Source: Lysobacter sp.
Lineage (GTDB): Bacteria; Pseudomonadota; Gammaproteobacteria; Xanthomonadales; Xanthomonadaceae
Reading direction: 5' to 3'
Length of the DNA stretch: 46,899 nucleotides
Assembly: GCA_043775395.1 (NCBI GenBank)
Contig: JAYVSK010000087.1
Span: 1-46,899, forward strand
Shown here piece after piece: positions 1 through 9,776 of this stretch. The notes beneath the pieces were generated by a model. It saw nothing but the letters and a program-made list of their open reading frames with translations. It searched no databases and had not been told where the DNA came from. Every line of letters starts with the position of its first letter. Positions within the stretch are counted from its first letter, which is position 1. The position numbers and the translations under genes are program-made.

Positions 1-1815
1 GAAAAACGCCGTCGCCGCAAGCGCGGCAAGATCGTCGACCCGCAGAAGCGCGTCATGGTCAATTCGCTGGTCTGCGAAGGCTGCGGCGACTGCGGTGTAA
101 AAAGTTTCTGCGTCTCGGTGCTGCCTAAAGAAACCGAATACGGCCGCAAGCGCGACATCGATCAAAGCAACTGCAATAAAGACTACAGCTGCGTCGAAGG
201 CTTTTGCCCCAGCTTCGTGACCGTGCACGGCGGCCAGCTGAAAAAAGGCAAGAAAACAAAATCCGATGCCGCCGATCGTCTGATTGATTTGCCGATGCCA
301 ACCTTCGCGACCACGCTCGACAAGCCGTGGAATATTTTGATCACCGGTGTGGGCGGTACCGGTGTGGTGACCATCGGCGCGCTGCTCGGCATGGCCGGAC
401 ACCTGGAGCACAAGGGCGCAACGGTGCTCGATCAAACCGGCCTTGCGCAGAAAGGCGGCGCAGTCACCACGCATATCCGCATTGCCGCCAAGCCCGAAGA
501 CATCCATGCCGTACGCATCGCCGCCGGCGAAGCGGATCTGGTGCTGGGCTGCGACATGGTGGTGGTCAACGATTACTGGGCATTATCGAAAATCCGCGAA
601 GGCCGCAGCAACGTGGTGCTCAACAGCTATGAGGCGATGCCCGGCACGTTCACTACGCGCCCGGACATGCAGTTTCCCGCTGCGGACATTATTTCCGCCG
701 TCCGCACTGCGCTGGGCGGCCGCGACCCGTTGATCATCGACGCGACGCAGATTGCCACTGCGCTGATCGGCGACGCCATCGCCGCCAATCTGTTTATTCT
801 CGGCTACGCATGGCAGCAGGGGTTCGTGCCGATTTCGTTCGACGCGATCATGCGCGCGGTCGAACTCAACGGCGCAGCGGTGGAGATGAACAAGACCGCA
901 TTCGCTTGGGGCCGTCTTGCTGTGATCGACTTGCCTGCAGTCGTCGAAGCCGCCGGCATCGTGCGCAACGCGCCGACCGCTGCCGAAAGCACGCCGAACG
1001 CGCTGCGACTATTGGCACCGACCGCATCTGAAGGCCACGAATCCGGTCTCGACGCACAGCGCTCGCAGCTGCGCAGCGCCGACGAACTGAGGCACGTACC
1101 GGCCGTCGCAACCGAGCGCGACTGGTTTATGCCGCTGGACGACACGCGACTCTCGCGTTCGCTGGACGAAGTGATCGCGCGCCGCATCAGTTTTCTCAGC
1201 GGCTACCAGAGCATTGTCTACGCCAAGCGCTATGGCGATTTCATCGCCAAAGTGCGCGGCATCGAACAGCAGAAAGCGCCGGGCTCGACCGACCTGAGTG
1301 AAGCCGTCGCGCGCTACGCTTTCAAATTGATGGCTTATAAAGACGAATACGAGGTCGCGCGTCTCTACACCACCGGTGATTTCCAGAAGCGCATCGCGCA
1401 GCAGTTCGAAGGCGATTACAAGATGAAGTTCAATCTTGCGCCGCCGCTGCTGTCGAAGAAAAACGCCGACGGCCAGCTGATCAAGAAAGAATACGGCCCG
1501 TGGGTCTTCACCGTATTCAAGGTGATGGCCAAACTGCGCTTCCTGCGCGGCACCGCGTTCGATATGTTCGGCCGTACCGAAGAGCGCAGGATGGAGCGTC
1601 AATTGATCGAGGATTATTTCGCGACGATCGAGCGGCTGCTCGGCACGCTCGATGGCGGCAACGTCGCCCTCGCCACCGAGATCGCCAGCGTCCCCGAACA
1701 CATTCGTGGCTATGGGCACGTTAAGGAAACGCATCTGCACAAGGCGAAAACGCGCGAGGCGGAGTTGCTGGCACGCTGGAACGCCGGGCCGATAGCGACG
1801 GCAAAAGCGGCATAA
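1..1815 (+). CDS. Indolepyruvate ferredoxin oxidoreductase family protein (fused type), 5'-truncated by window edge
   Basis: Frame is open from base 1 (EKRRRRKRGKIVDPQKRVMVN...). Ferredoxin motifs CEGCGDC and CNKDYSCVEGFCPSF, the TGVGGTGVVT and GLAQKGG motifs, and the C-terminal YKDEYEVARL...IRGYGHVK domain are present. Confidence 0.93.
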   Translation, partial: EKRRRRKRGKIVDPQKRVMVNSLVCEGCGDCGVKSFCVSVLPKETEYGRKRDIDQSNCNKDYSCVEGFCPSFVTVHGGQLKKGKKTKSDAADRLIDLPMPTFATTLDKPWNILITGVGGTGVVTIGALLGMAGHLEHKGATVLDQTGLAQKGGAVTTHIRIAAKPEDIHAVRIAAGEADLVLGCDMVVVNDYWALSKIREGRSNVVLNSYEAMPGTFTTRPDMQFPAADIISAVRTALGGRDPLIIDATQIATALIGDAIAANLFILGYAWQQGFVPISFDAIMRAVELNGAAVEMNKTAFAWGRLAVIDLPAVVEAAGIVRNAPTAAESTPNALRLLAPTASEGHESGLDAQRSQLRSADELRHVPAVATERDWFMPLDDTRLSRSLDEVIARRISFLSGYQSIVYAKRYGDFIAKVRGIEQQKAPGSTDLSEAVARYAFKLMAYKDEYEVARLYTTGDFQKRIAQQFEGDYKMKFNLAPPLLSKKNADGQLIKKEYGPWVFTVFKVMAKLRFLRGTAFDMFGRTEERRMERQLIEDYFATIERLLGTLDGGNVALATEIASVPEHIRGYGHVKETHLHKAKTREAELLARWNAGPIATAKAA

Positions 1816-1866
1816 ATGATCTGCCGCGGTAGAGCAGGCTTAAGCCCCCTGCCACCAGCTGCTATC

Positions 1867-1899
1867 CCGGAAGCCGTGAAAGGCTTCCGGATTATGTTT
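1867..1899 (+). terminator. Probable intrinsic terminator hairpin
   Basis: Perfect 9-bp stem ccggaagcc/ggcttccgg with a gtgaaa loop, followed by attatgttt, about 50 bp after the oxidoreductase stop. Confidence 0.6.
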
Positions 1900-2109
1900 C
1901 TGCAGAATTTCAGAAGATCGCAGAAAAAAGCTATCTCCGTGCGCTGACAACCACATCCGCATCACACAGTGGAAGGCACTGCACCGCTTGTAAAGGGAAT
2001 GAGACGCGCATTGCCCGTTGATGAACGCGGCCCGGTCCTGCCTCATGGGATATCGCTTGGGTACGGATTAGATGTGCATACTTTCTGCGATGAATCAGGA
2101 GCCATTGCC

Positions 2110-2499
2110 ATGTCGTCGTTTACAATCTCGCTGTTTGCGATTCTGTCCGTCGCCGCTTGCACGCCGGTGGCATCGCATGAACCACCGCCGGGGGGCGACG
2201 ATCGTGCTGGAAGCGCGGCCAGCGGCAAGCCGCAGATGACCGGCGGACCAATGCCGGCGGAAGAACAGATCCGCATCGCGCCGGGGCTCGAATACGCCAG
2301 CTGCAGCGCGGAAGCTGCACAAGGTTATGTTGGCCAGAAGGCCGAGCGCAGCGTGGTGGAATCGGCAATCAAGGCTAGTGACGCAAAATCGGTACGGGTG
2401 ATCGAACCCGACATGATGGTGACGATGGATTTCCGCGGCGATCGTTTGAATATTCGAGTCGACGCCGCTGGGAAAATCACGACGATCACCTGTGGTTGA
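2110..2499 (+). CDS. I78-family peptidase inhibitor lipoprotein
   Basis: AGGAG RBS at 2097-2101 and lipobox VAAC. C-terminal C..A....VG...RVI.P..MVTMDFRGDRLNI.VD..G.I..I.CG pattern. Confidence 0.88.
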   Translation: MSSFTISLFAILSVAACTPVASHEPPPGGDDRAGSAASGKPQMTGGPMPAEEQIRIAPGLEYASCSAEAAQGYVGQKAERSVVESAIKASDAKSVRVIEPDMMVTMDFRGDRLNIRVDAAGKITTITCG

Positions 2500-2560
2500 T
2501 GCACCCTCTGCCGTGCGTGAAGCATGCATTTGGTGGCTGTTGTCGCGTGCAGGGGGCTAA

Positions 2561-2821
2561 AAGCCTGTTTATGATCTTTTTGCGAGTGCCTTGCCACCCC
2601 ACAGCGCGCTGGGCGCGACGTACACCGCAGCCTGGTGGCCCGGCGAGGATGTGCAACAAAGCCCAGCACGCAGTGGGGCGACAACCCGAAGGGAATGCCC
2701 CTGTTCGGGCGGCATGCGGCGTTGCGCCTCTTGCCAAGCCCACCAGGCTTGGCAGCGAGACGCGCCTTGCCTGCCACCCGAACAGGGGCATCCGCACTCG
2801 GAAAAAATCATAAACAGGCTC
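2561..2821. mobile_element. Non-autonomous MITE-like element with IS5-family-like ends
   Basis: Terminal inverted repeats AGCCTGTTTATGAT(c)TTTTT(g)CGAGTGC (2562-2589) and GCACTCGGAAAAAATCATAAACAGGCT (2794-2820). Flanked by TAA on both sides (2558-2560, 2822-2824). No transposase. Confidence 0.75.
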
Positions 2822-2859
2822 TAACAGGCTGCGGGCTTATATCGGGCAGGAGACGAATC

Positions 2860-3405
2860 ATGCGTAAGCGTAAACGCAAATCGCGATCGGGGTCGGCGTG
2901 GATCGCGATCGTAGCAGTTGTGCTTTTGGCGGGAGTGGCGTGGAACGCATACCGCACATCGGGCGACGCGCCGGTGATCGCGGATACATCGAGATCGGCA
3001 AGTTCGCACGACGGTCTTACCACAACGGCGCTGAAACTGCCGCCGATGGCGGACACCGCGTCCGCGACTCGCACGAACAGCGCGCAAGTAGCGACACGCT
3101 ATCCGGAGTTTTTGCCGGCCGAGGCCATCGAGACGCTGCGGTTGATCGAACGCGGCGGCCCGTACCCTTATCGTCAGGACAACGGCGTGTTCGGCAATCG
3201 CGAACACAGGCTGCCGCGACAGTCGCGTGGCTATTACCGCGAGTTCACCGTCGAAACGCCGGGGTCGGCTGATCGCGGCGCGCGCCGGGTCATTGCCGGC
3301 GGGCGACCGCCGTCGGAGTATTTTTATACGGACGATCATTACCGCAGCTTTAGCAGATTCACGCGCGGCGGCAGCGCGGCCGACAATACGGAAGCGACAC
3401 GATGA
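2860..3405 (+). CDS. Guanyl-specific ribonuclease (RNase Sa/barnase family) with N-terminal membrane anchor or signal
   Basis: AGGAG RBS; basic then hydrophobic N-terminus. LP.EA..TL.LI..GGPYPY.QD..VFGNRE..LP....GYYREFTV.TPG..DRGARR...YFYTDDHY.SF motif. Confidence 0.92.
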   Translation: MRKRKRKSRSGSAWIAIVAVVLLAGVAWNAYRTSGDAPVIADTSRSASSHDGLTTTALKLPPMADTASATRTNSAQVATRYPEFLPAEAIETLRLIERGGPYPYRQDNGVFGNREHRLPRQSRGYYREFTVETPGSADRGARRVIAGGRPPSEYFYTDDHYRSFSRFTRGGSAADNTEATR

Positions 3406-3836
3406 GCGAGATCGAATTGAGCGCGCTGCTGGCCGATGCCTCGCAGGCCGGTGCATATTTCGTCGATGTCCGCGACCGCGAAGCACTGGTGGAGGCTGCA
3501 ATCACGCTGAAATTCGCGGTGCTGCCGGTGGATCTGCGCGGATGCATTGATGCCGATGCGGCGATGGCAGTGATAGCCGATGTGCTGCACTTCCCCGAAT
3601 GGTTCGGCGAAACCCTGGATGCGCTGGCAGACTGCCTGAGCGATCTGTCGTGGCTTCCCGCATCGGGTTATGTGCTGCTGTTGGAAAACACCGGCGAGTG
3701 GCGGGCGCAGGCTTCGGACACGTTCGATGCGATGCTGGAGATTCTCAATCAGACCGCAGAGTGCTGGGCAAAGGATCGCGTGCCGTTCTGGGCATTTCTA
3801 CCGGTGTCGACGCGAGTGCTGGCTGCAATCAAGTAG
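3402..3836 (+). CDS. Barstar-family RNase inhibitor
   Basis: ATGA overlap with the RNase gene; FPEWFGETLDALADCLSDLSW barstar motif. Confidence 0.9.
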   Translation: MSEIELSALLADASQAGAYFVDVRDREALVEAAITLKFAVLPVDLRGCIDADAAMAVIADVLHFPEWFGETLDALADCLSDLSWLPASGYVLLLENTGEWRAQASDTFDAMLEILNQTAECWAKDRVPFWAFLPVSTRVLAAIK

Positions 3837-3908
3837 CTCTACTATTTTATAAAATAAACGGCTTGATGATAGAGTTTCTGTGTCTTGACTCACTGCAAGA
3901 GTCCTGTG

Positions 3909-4409
3909 ATGGACAGGACGCTGGAAGATCGGTTTTAGCAGTATGGTGAAGTCATCGCTGCAGCCTTGTCGCATGCGGATCGCAGGGCGCCTTCGCAGTG
4001 GTATTTGCAGGGCTTGACCCTCCCCGGAGGACGCAAGAACGTGGAGCCTATGGCCGCACGCGTTCAGCCACAGAACGTGCGCTCTACCCACCAGTCGATC
4101 CATCACCTGGTCGCTCACGCCGACTGGGACGATCAAAGCGTGCTGTCGGTGGTCGCTGGGCAGGTGCTGCCGGTGCTGATGAAGAAGAGCAAGACCTGTC
4201 ACTGGATCGTGGGTGACACGGGCTTTGCGAAGAAGGGAACGCATTCGGTTGGGGTTGTGCGTCAGTACTGCGGCCAGCTGGGGAAGACCGACAACTGTCA
4301 GATCGCGGTCAGCCTGTCGATCGCGAACGCGCACGGGAGCATCCCGGTGGCGTACCGGCTGTACCTGCCCGAGGCGTGGACGCAAGATGCCACGCACCAG
4401 CGCGGGTAA
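3909..4409 (+). pseudogene. IS701-family transposase remnant (nonsense codon and 3' truncation)
   Basis: ATG at 3909 reads MDRTLEDRF*QYGEVIAAALSHADRR, with TAG at 3936-3938. IS701 motifs RKNVEPMA, DTGFAKKGTHSVGV.RQYCGQLGKTDNCQ and RLYLPEAW follow. The frame stops after ~165 codons. Confidence 0.88.
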
Positions 4410-4647
4410 GATTCCGGGCTTTCCACAAACCCCACTCCGGTAGATGCGATTCGTCGTCGAGTAAGTGCATCGCGGCTTCCGCCGCTCACACAGATACTGG
4501 CGGAAATGTTGTCGCGCGTTTAAAAACGTCACCCGCACACCAGTACGGAAAAGATTCGAAGCGTTATTGATGCGTCATCCGTTCGAAAAACAAATCCCTC
4601 GCTGAGCTGGGATGACGATGCGACGATGGTCGCGAATGAGCACACAC

Positions 4648-5121
4648 TCACCGCCCCAGCGGCAACCCCCGAAACGCTTTCACCGTGCGCAGCACGAAAC
4701 TGGAATTCACGTCGGCGACGCCGGTTTGATTGAGCAGGCGGTCGAGCAGGAAGCGCGAGAAGTGTTCGAGATCGCGCACGACGACGTGCAGCAGATAGTC
4801 CATATCGCCGGTCAGTGCGTGGCAGGCGACCACTTCGTCCCAGTCGTTGACGAATCCAGCGAACGCGGACACCGCTTCGGCGTCATGGCGCGCCAACTGC
4901 ACGCGGACGAAGGCCTGCAGACCCAGGCCCAGGCGTTCGGGGTCGACTTCGGCGCGGTAACCGGCGATCACGCCCTCGCGCTCCAGCCGCTGGACCCGAC
5001 GCAGGCAGGCCGAGGGCGAGAGGTTCACCCTGTCGGCCAGTTCGGCATTGGTCTGCCGGCCGGCGCGCTGCAGTTCGGCCAGCAACAGCAGATCGATGCG
5101 GTCCAGGTCGCTGGCAGCCAT
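4648..5121 (-). CDS. Lrp/AsnC-family transcriptional regulator, divergent from phhA
   Basis: LDRIDLLLLAELQ..GR.TNAELA..VNLSPSACLRRVQRLE..GVI.GY helix-turn-helix, plus RAM domain TGDMDYLL. Confidence 0.93.
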   Translation of the reverse strand: MAASDLDRIDLLLLAELQRAGRQTNAELADRVNLSPSACLRRVQRLEREGVIAGYRAEVDPERLGLGLQAFVRVQLARHDAEAVSAFAGFVNDWDEVVACHALTGDMDYLLHVVVRDLEHFSRFLLDRLLNQTGVADVNSSFVLRTVKAFRGLPLGR

Positions 5122-5248
5122 GCATTGCTCCGATTCTTCGATATCCGCAATATTGTTGCGTATATAACCGTCGATCTTGCAACAAAGCAAGCTCATTGCG
5201 TCAAAACGCGCCTACAGTGTGTGGACTTCCCGCCAGCCAAGGAATGCC

Positions 5249-6139
5249 ATGAATGCCGCCCCGGAACGCGTCGAACATCAGATGACCGACAAGGGTTACG
5301 TGCCGGTGTACACCACCGCCGTAGTGGAGCAGCCGTGGAGCAGCTATACACGCAGCGAGCACCAGGTTTGGGCGACCTTGTTCGAGCGCCAGCAGCGGCT
5401 GCTGGTTGGCCGCGCCAGTACCGATTTTCTGCGCTCTCAGCGCCAGATGGGGATGTCGGCGCAGCAGATTCCGAAATTCGACGACCTCAACCGCATGCTT
5501 CGCGCCGCGACCGGCTGGGAGATCATCGGTGTGCAAGGGCTGCTGCCGGAGCTGGATTTTTTCGAGCACCTCGCCAACCGCCGCTTCCCGGTGACGTGGT
5601 GGATCCGCAAGCCCGAGCAGATGGATTATCTGGCCGAGCCGGACTTGTTCCACGATCTGTTCGGCCACGTGCCGCTGCTGATGAACCCGGTGTTCGCCGA
5701 CTACATGGCCGCCTACGGCCGCGGCGGCGTCAAAGCGCACGCCATCGCCCCTGAGGCGCTGGTCAATCTGACCCGGCTGTACTGGTACACGGTCGAGTTC
5801 GGCCTGATCCGCGAAGCCGACGGCCTGCGCATTTACGGTGCCGGCATCCTCAGCTCGAAAGGCGAGAGCCTGCACTGTTTGGAGAGCGATGCGCCCAACC
5901 GGATCGGGTTCGATCTGGAGCGGGTCATGCGCACCCGCTACCGCATCGACAGCTACCAGAAAAGCTATTTCGTCATCGACGGCTACGAGCAGCTGATGGA
6001 AGCCACCCGCCCGGACTTCACTCCGGTCTATGCGCGTATTGCGGCGCAGGACGCGATTCCGGCGGGCGACGTGTTGGACAGCGACCGCGTGTTCAACCGG
6101 GGCACCGGCGAGGGTTGGCCCACGGATGCGGATATGTAA
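5249..6139 (+). CDS. phhA: Phenylalanine 4-monooxygenase
   Basis: EPDLFHDLFGHVPLL iron-binding motif, RLYWYTVEFGL and IYGAGILSS. Confidence 0.97.
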   Translation: MNAAPERVEHQMTDKGYVPVYTTAVVEQPWSSYTRSEHQVWATLFERQQRLLVGRASTDFLRSQRQMGMSAQQIPKFDDLNRMLRAATGWEIIGVQGLLPELDFFEHLANRRFPVTWWIRKPEQMDYLAEPDLFHDLFGHVPLLMNPVFADYMAAYGRGGVKAHAIAPEALVNLTRLYWYTVEFGLIREADGLRIYGAGILSSKGESLHCLESDAPNRIGFDLERVMRTRYRIDSYQKSYFVIDGYEQLMEATRPDFTPVYARIAAQDAIPAGDVLDSDRVFNRGTGEGWPTDADM

Positions 6140-6251
6140 GCCACCGCTTTCAGCCGCATGCATCGCCGGGCCCAGCCCATGACTCCGTTTGGCGATACGG
6201 TTGCCCTGCCGCGATACTGACCGGCCTCCGGGCCGTCCACGAAGCTGATCG

Positions 6252-6710
6252 ATGCATCATTCCCTGCAAGTCAAACTGCTCGACCCCCGCTTCGGCGGCG
6301 AATGGCCGCTGCCAGCCTATGCTACTGAAGCTAGCGCCGGACTGGATCTACGGGCTGCGCTGGAAGCGGCATTGACGCTGTCGCCCGGCGACGCCGCACT
6401 GGTGCCGTCGGGACTGGCCATCCATATCGGCGATCCGGGCCTGTGCGCGGTGGTGCTGCCGCGTTCGGGATTGGGCCACAAGCACGGCATCGTGCTGGGA
6501 AACGGAACTGGCCTGATCGATGCCGATTACCAGGGACCGCTGATGATCAGCGTCTGGAATCGCGGTCGGGAAGCGTTCACCATCGCACCGGGGGACCGGA
6601 TCGCGCAATTGGTTCTTCTTCCCGTCGTCCGCGCACGCTTTGAGGTGGTGGATACTTTCGCCGACAGCGCGCGTGGCGCGGGCGGCTTCGGCCATACCGG
6701 CATGCGTTGA
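6252..6710 (+). CDS. dut: dUTP diphosphatase
   Basis: dUTPase motifs [28 protein letters not shown] and [10 protein letters not shown]. Confidence 0.97.
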   Translation: MHHSLQVKLLDPRFGGEWPLPAYATEASAGLDLRAALEAALTLSPGDAALVPSGLAIHIGDPGLCAVVLPRSGLGHKHGIVLGNGTGLIDADYQGPLMISVWNRGREAFTIAPGDRIAQLVLLPVVRARFEVVDTFADSARGAGGFGHTGMR

Positions 6711-6771
6711 GCGTAGGCAGCGCACCCGAAAGGGATGAGACTGTACAGAGCAGGCAACCGAGCACAATCGA

Positions 6772-9066
6772 ATGAAAGAAAGCTTGCACCAGCAGTTGAT
6801 CCAACTCCGCCCGGCGATGACACCGCTGGCGGCGCTCTGTGCGCTGCTCGCGCTGTGGCTTGGCTGGAGCGGCATCGCCCAGTTCCGGGACAACATCCGT
6901 CGCAGCGACCTGGAAACCAGCCGCGACCGCGGCGTGCAGCTGGTGCATCAGGCGATGCTGCAAAGCCAGAAGCGGCTGACCGAAGCGTTGGCGCTGCCAG
7001 AGGTGCAGACGGTGCTGTCGGCGGGCGATCTGGCAAGCGCAGCCAAAGTAATCAGTGCGGGTTGGCCGAATGTCTCCTTGGTGCAGGTGCTGCCGCCGGA
7101 TCTGGAAGCCGCTTATACCAACTTGGGCAAAGGCGGCTATGGGCGTCTTGCGGTTGTGGAGTCGGCACTGGCCGATAACAAATTACGCACCTGGATCATC
7201 CGCGATCTGGGCCAACCGCGGCTGGCGATCGCCGCGCCCGCGCGGGTCGGCGACCGCATTGTCGGTGTGGTGTACGTACAGCTGCCGTCCACCGAGTTGA
7301 CCGCAGGCCTGGATACCATCGGTATGGTCGACGATACCTATCTCGGCCTGCGCCAGGGCGGCGTGACGCTCTGGGGGCGCGGCGAGCAGGCGTATGTCAA
7401 CAGCGCCGAGCGCATGGCCGCTCCGGTGTCCGATTCGGGCATGCGTTTGGTTGCGGGCACGCCGCCGCCGCCGTCCAAAGCGCTGGGATTGGGCGCCACG
7501 ACAGCCTTGATCGCTGCGGTGGTGTTCGCGTTCCTGACTTATCTGACATGGCGCTTGTCGCGCTTGCGTCTGATCGCGGGCGAGCTTGGCGAATCTCCGA
7601 CCTTGCTTGAAGCGGTAGCCAGCCAGCCCGACGAAGCGATCACGACGCAGGCCTTGGACATCAAGGACCCGGTGAAACCCAAGCCGCTGATCATCGACGG
7701 CAGCATTTTTCGCGCTTACGACATTCGCGGCGTGGTGGGCAAGACGCTCGACCGCAACGTTGCCGAGATCATCGGCCAGTCGGTCGGCTCGCTGATGCAC
7801 GAACAGGAACTGCGCGACATCGTCATCGGCCGCGACGGGCGCCTGTCGGGCCCGGACATGGTCGAAGGCCTGACCGCCGGTCTGCGCAAGGCCGGCATCA
7901 ATGTCATCGATATCGGCATGGTGCCCACGCCGGTGGTCTATTTTGGCGCGTTCCATCTGCGTACCGGTTGCTGCATCTCGGTCACCGGCAGCCACAACCC
8001 GCCCGATTACAACGGTTTCAAGATCGTGGTCGGCGGCGAAACGCTTTACGGCGACGCGATCACCGACCTGCACACGCGGGTGGGCGAGCGGCGCCTGCAC
8101 CAGGCATCGGCACTTGGCGGCCACAGCGAGGCCGACATCAGCGCGGATTATGTGCAACGCATCGCCTCGGACGTACAGCTGGGCCGACGTCTGAAAGTCG
8201 TCGTCGATGCCGGCAACGGCGTCGCCGGCGAGATCGGTCCGCGCGTGCTCGAAGCGATCGGCGCCGATGTGGAAGAACTGTATTGCGAGATCGACGGAAC
8301 GTTCCCGAACCATCACCCCGACCCCAGTGAGCCGCATAACCTTACCGACCTGATCAATATGGTGAAGCGCTTGGATGCCGATCTGGGCATCGCCTTCGAC
8401 GGCGACGGCGACCGGCTTGGCGTGGTCACCCGCAACGGCGAGAACATCTATGCCGACCGCCTGCTGATGCTGTTCGCCGCCGACGTACTGGAGCGAAACC
8501 CCGGCGCGATGATCGTCTACGACGTGAAGTGCACCGGCCGGCTGGCATCGCACATCCTCCGCCACGGCGGCAGCCCGTTGATGTGGAAAACCGGACATTC
8601 GCTGATCAAGGCCAAGATGCGCGAAACCGGCGCAGAACTAGCCGGTGAGATGAGCGGGCATTTTTTCTTCGCCGAACGCTGGTACGGGTTCGACGACGGC
8701 ATCTACGCCGCGGCGCGCCTGTTGGAGATTCTCGCCTCGGCGTCCGAGTTGCCGGATGAAGTGCTGCAGGCGCTGCCCAAGGGCATTTCGACGCCGGAGA
8801 TCAAGGTCGACGCGCCGAACGGCGACCCGCACAGTTTTGTCGAACGCTTTCGCGACGGGGTGCTGTTTGAAGGCGGACGGATGTCGACCATCGACGGTCT
8901 GCGCGTGGATTGGCCGGACGGTTGGGGGCTGGTGCGCGCGTCCAACACCACGCCGGTGCTGGTGCTGCGGTTCGACGCCGACAATCAAGATGCGCTGGTG
9001 CGGATCCAGAACGCATTCCGCGAACGTCTGCTGCACATCAAGCCGGATCTGGCGCTGCCGTTCTGA
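6772..9066 (+). CDS. algC: Phosphomannomutase/phosphoglucomutase with a ~300-aa N-terminal membrane-anchored extension
   Basis: IFRAYDIRG, TGSHNP phosphoserine loop, FDGDGDR metal site, GEMSGH and RASNT. Two hydrophobic segments lie in the extension. Confidence 0.9.
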   Translation: MKESLHQQLIQLRPAMTPLAALCALLALWLGWSGIAQFRDNIRRSDLETSRDRGVQLVHQAMLQSQKRLTEALALPEVQTVLSAGDLASAAKVISAGWPNVSLVQVLPPDLEAAYTNLGKGGYGRLAVVESALADNKLRTWIIRDLGQPRLAIAAPARVGDRIVGVVYVQLPSTELTAGLDTIGMVDDTYLGLRQGGVTLWGRGEQAYVNSAERMAAPVSDSGMRLVAGTPPPPSKALGLGATTALIAAVVFAFLTYLTWRLSRLRLIAGELGESPTLLEAVASQPDEAITTQALDIKDPVKPKPLIIDGSIFRAYDIRGVVGKTLDRNVAEIIGQSVGSLMHEQELRDIVIGRDGRLSGPDMVEGLTAGLRKAGINVIDIGMVPTPVVYFGAFHLRTGCCISVTGSHNPPDYNGFKIVVGGETLYGDAITDLHTRVGERRLHQASALGGHSEADISADYVQRIASDVQLGRRLKVVVDAGNGVAGEIGPRVLEAIGADVEELYCEIDGTFPNHHPDPSEPHNLTDLINMVKRLDADLGIAFDGDGDRLGVVTRNGENIYADRLLMLFAADVLERNPGAMIVYDVKCTGRLASHILRHGGSPLMWKTGHSLIKAKMRETGAELAGEMSGHFFFAERWYGFDDGIYAAARLLEILASASELPDEVLQALPKGISTPEIKVDAPNGDPHSFVERFRDGVLFEGGRMSTIDGLRVDWPDGWGLVRASNTTPVLVLRFDADNQDALVRIQNAFRERLLHIKPDLALPF

Positions 9067-9087
9067 GTACAGGCGGCAACTGACCGC

Positions 9088-9771
9088 TCAGCCGCTGGTC
9101 GACGGTGCCGGGCCTTGGCGTGTTCCGCCGCTGTCGCGCGCTTGCTTGAGGGTGCGATAGCGCGACATCGCTTCTTGGAAGTCCGAGTTCAGCGCCGCGC
9201 GCTCCGCTTCCTGCCGCTGTTTCAGCGCACGCAGCGCCTGCAGTTCGGAGTGCTGGTTGAGGATTTTCTCGCGGACAAGCTTGCCGACCGGTTTGGACTG
9301 CAGCTCCAGTTCATTGGCCTGGCGCAGCAGATTGATCAGGCTTTCATGCAGATTGGTCAGCGCCATCGTCGAGCCTTTCAGCGACTCCTCCACCAGTTCG
9401 AAGCGATTGGTGAATGCGCGTTTCAGATCGTCTTCGGTTTCGTAGGACACCACCATCGCCATCTCGCGCCGCTGGCGTTGCGCTTCGATTTTCCGTGTCT
9501 CATCTTCGATCGCCGCGCGGGCGCTCTCTTCGTCGGTCAGCGCGCGTCCGACGCGCTTCACCGCCGTGCCGGTGTTCTGATCGAATTCGGTGCGCTGGCG
9601 GCCAATCGCCGACGCGGGCAGCGTGTCGCTGCAGATCCGGCGTCCGCCTTCGTCCCAGCAATACAGTTTTTTCTCTTTTGGCTTCTGCTGCGCGTCCGCA
9701 GGCGCAGCCACAGCGAGTGCTGCCGCAAGCAGCGTCAGCATCCAGCGATGTGAAGTAGTAAGCGGTTGCAT
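9088..9771 (-). CDS. Exported DUF4124-like coiled-coil protein
   Basis: Signal peptide (…AAPADA-Q), KLYCWDEGGRRICSDTLP motif and a long coiled-coil. Confidence 0.7.
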   Translation of the reverse strand: MQPLTTSHRWMLTLLAAALAVAAPADAQQKPKEKKLYCWDEGGRRICSDTLPASAIGRQRTEFDQNTGTAVKRVGRALTDEESARAAIEDETRKIEAQRQRREMAMVVSYETEDDLKRAFTNRFELVEESLKGSTMALTNLHESLINLLRQANELELQSKPVGKLVREKILNQHSELQALRALKQRQEAERAALNSDFQEAMSRYRTLKQARDSGGTRQGPAPSTSG

Positions 9772-9776
9772 CAAGC

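Noticed and set aside
1829-1852. GTAGAGCAGGCTTAAGCCCCCTGC as a lone REP
   Set aside because: Single, degenerate and imperfectly palindromic; too weak to call.
2325-2824. Several overlapping ORFs across the I78-RNase intergenic region, including the 5' extension of ORF 2635-3405
   Set aside because: They run through the palindromic MITE; the RBS supports the RNase start at 2860.
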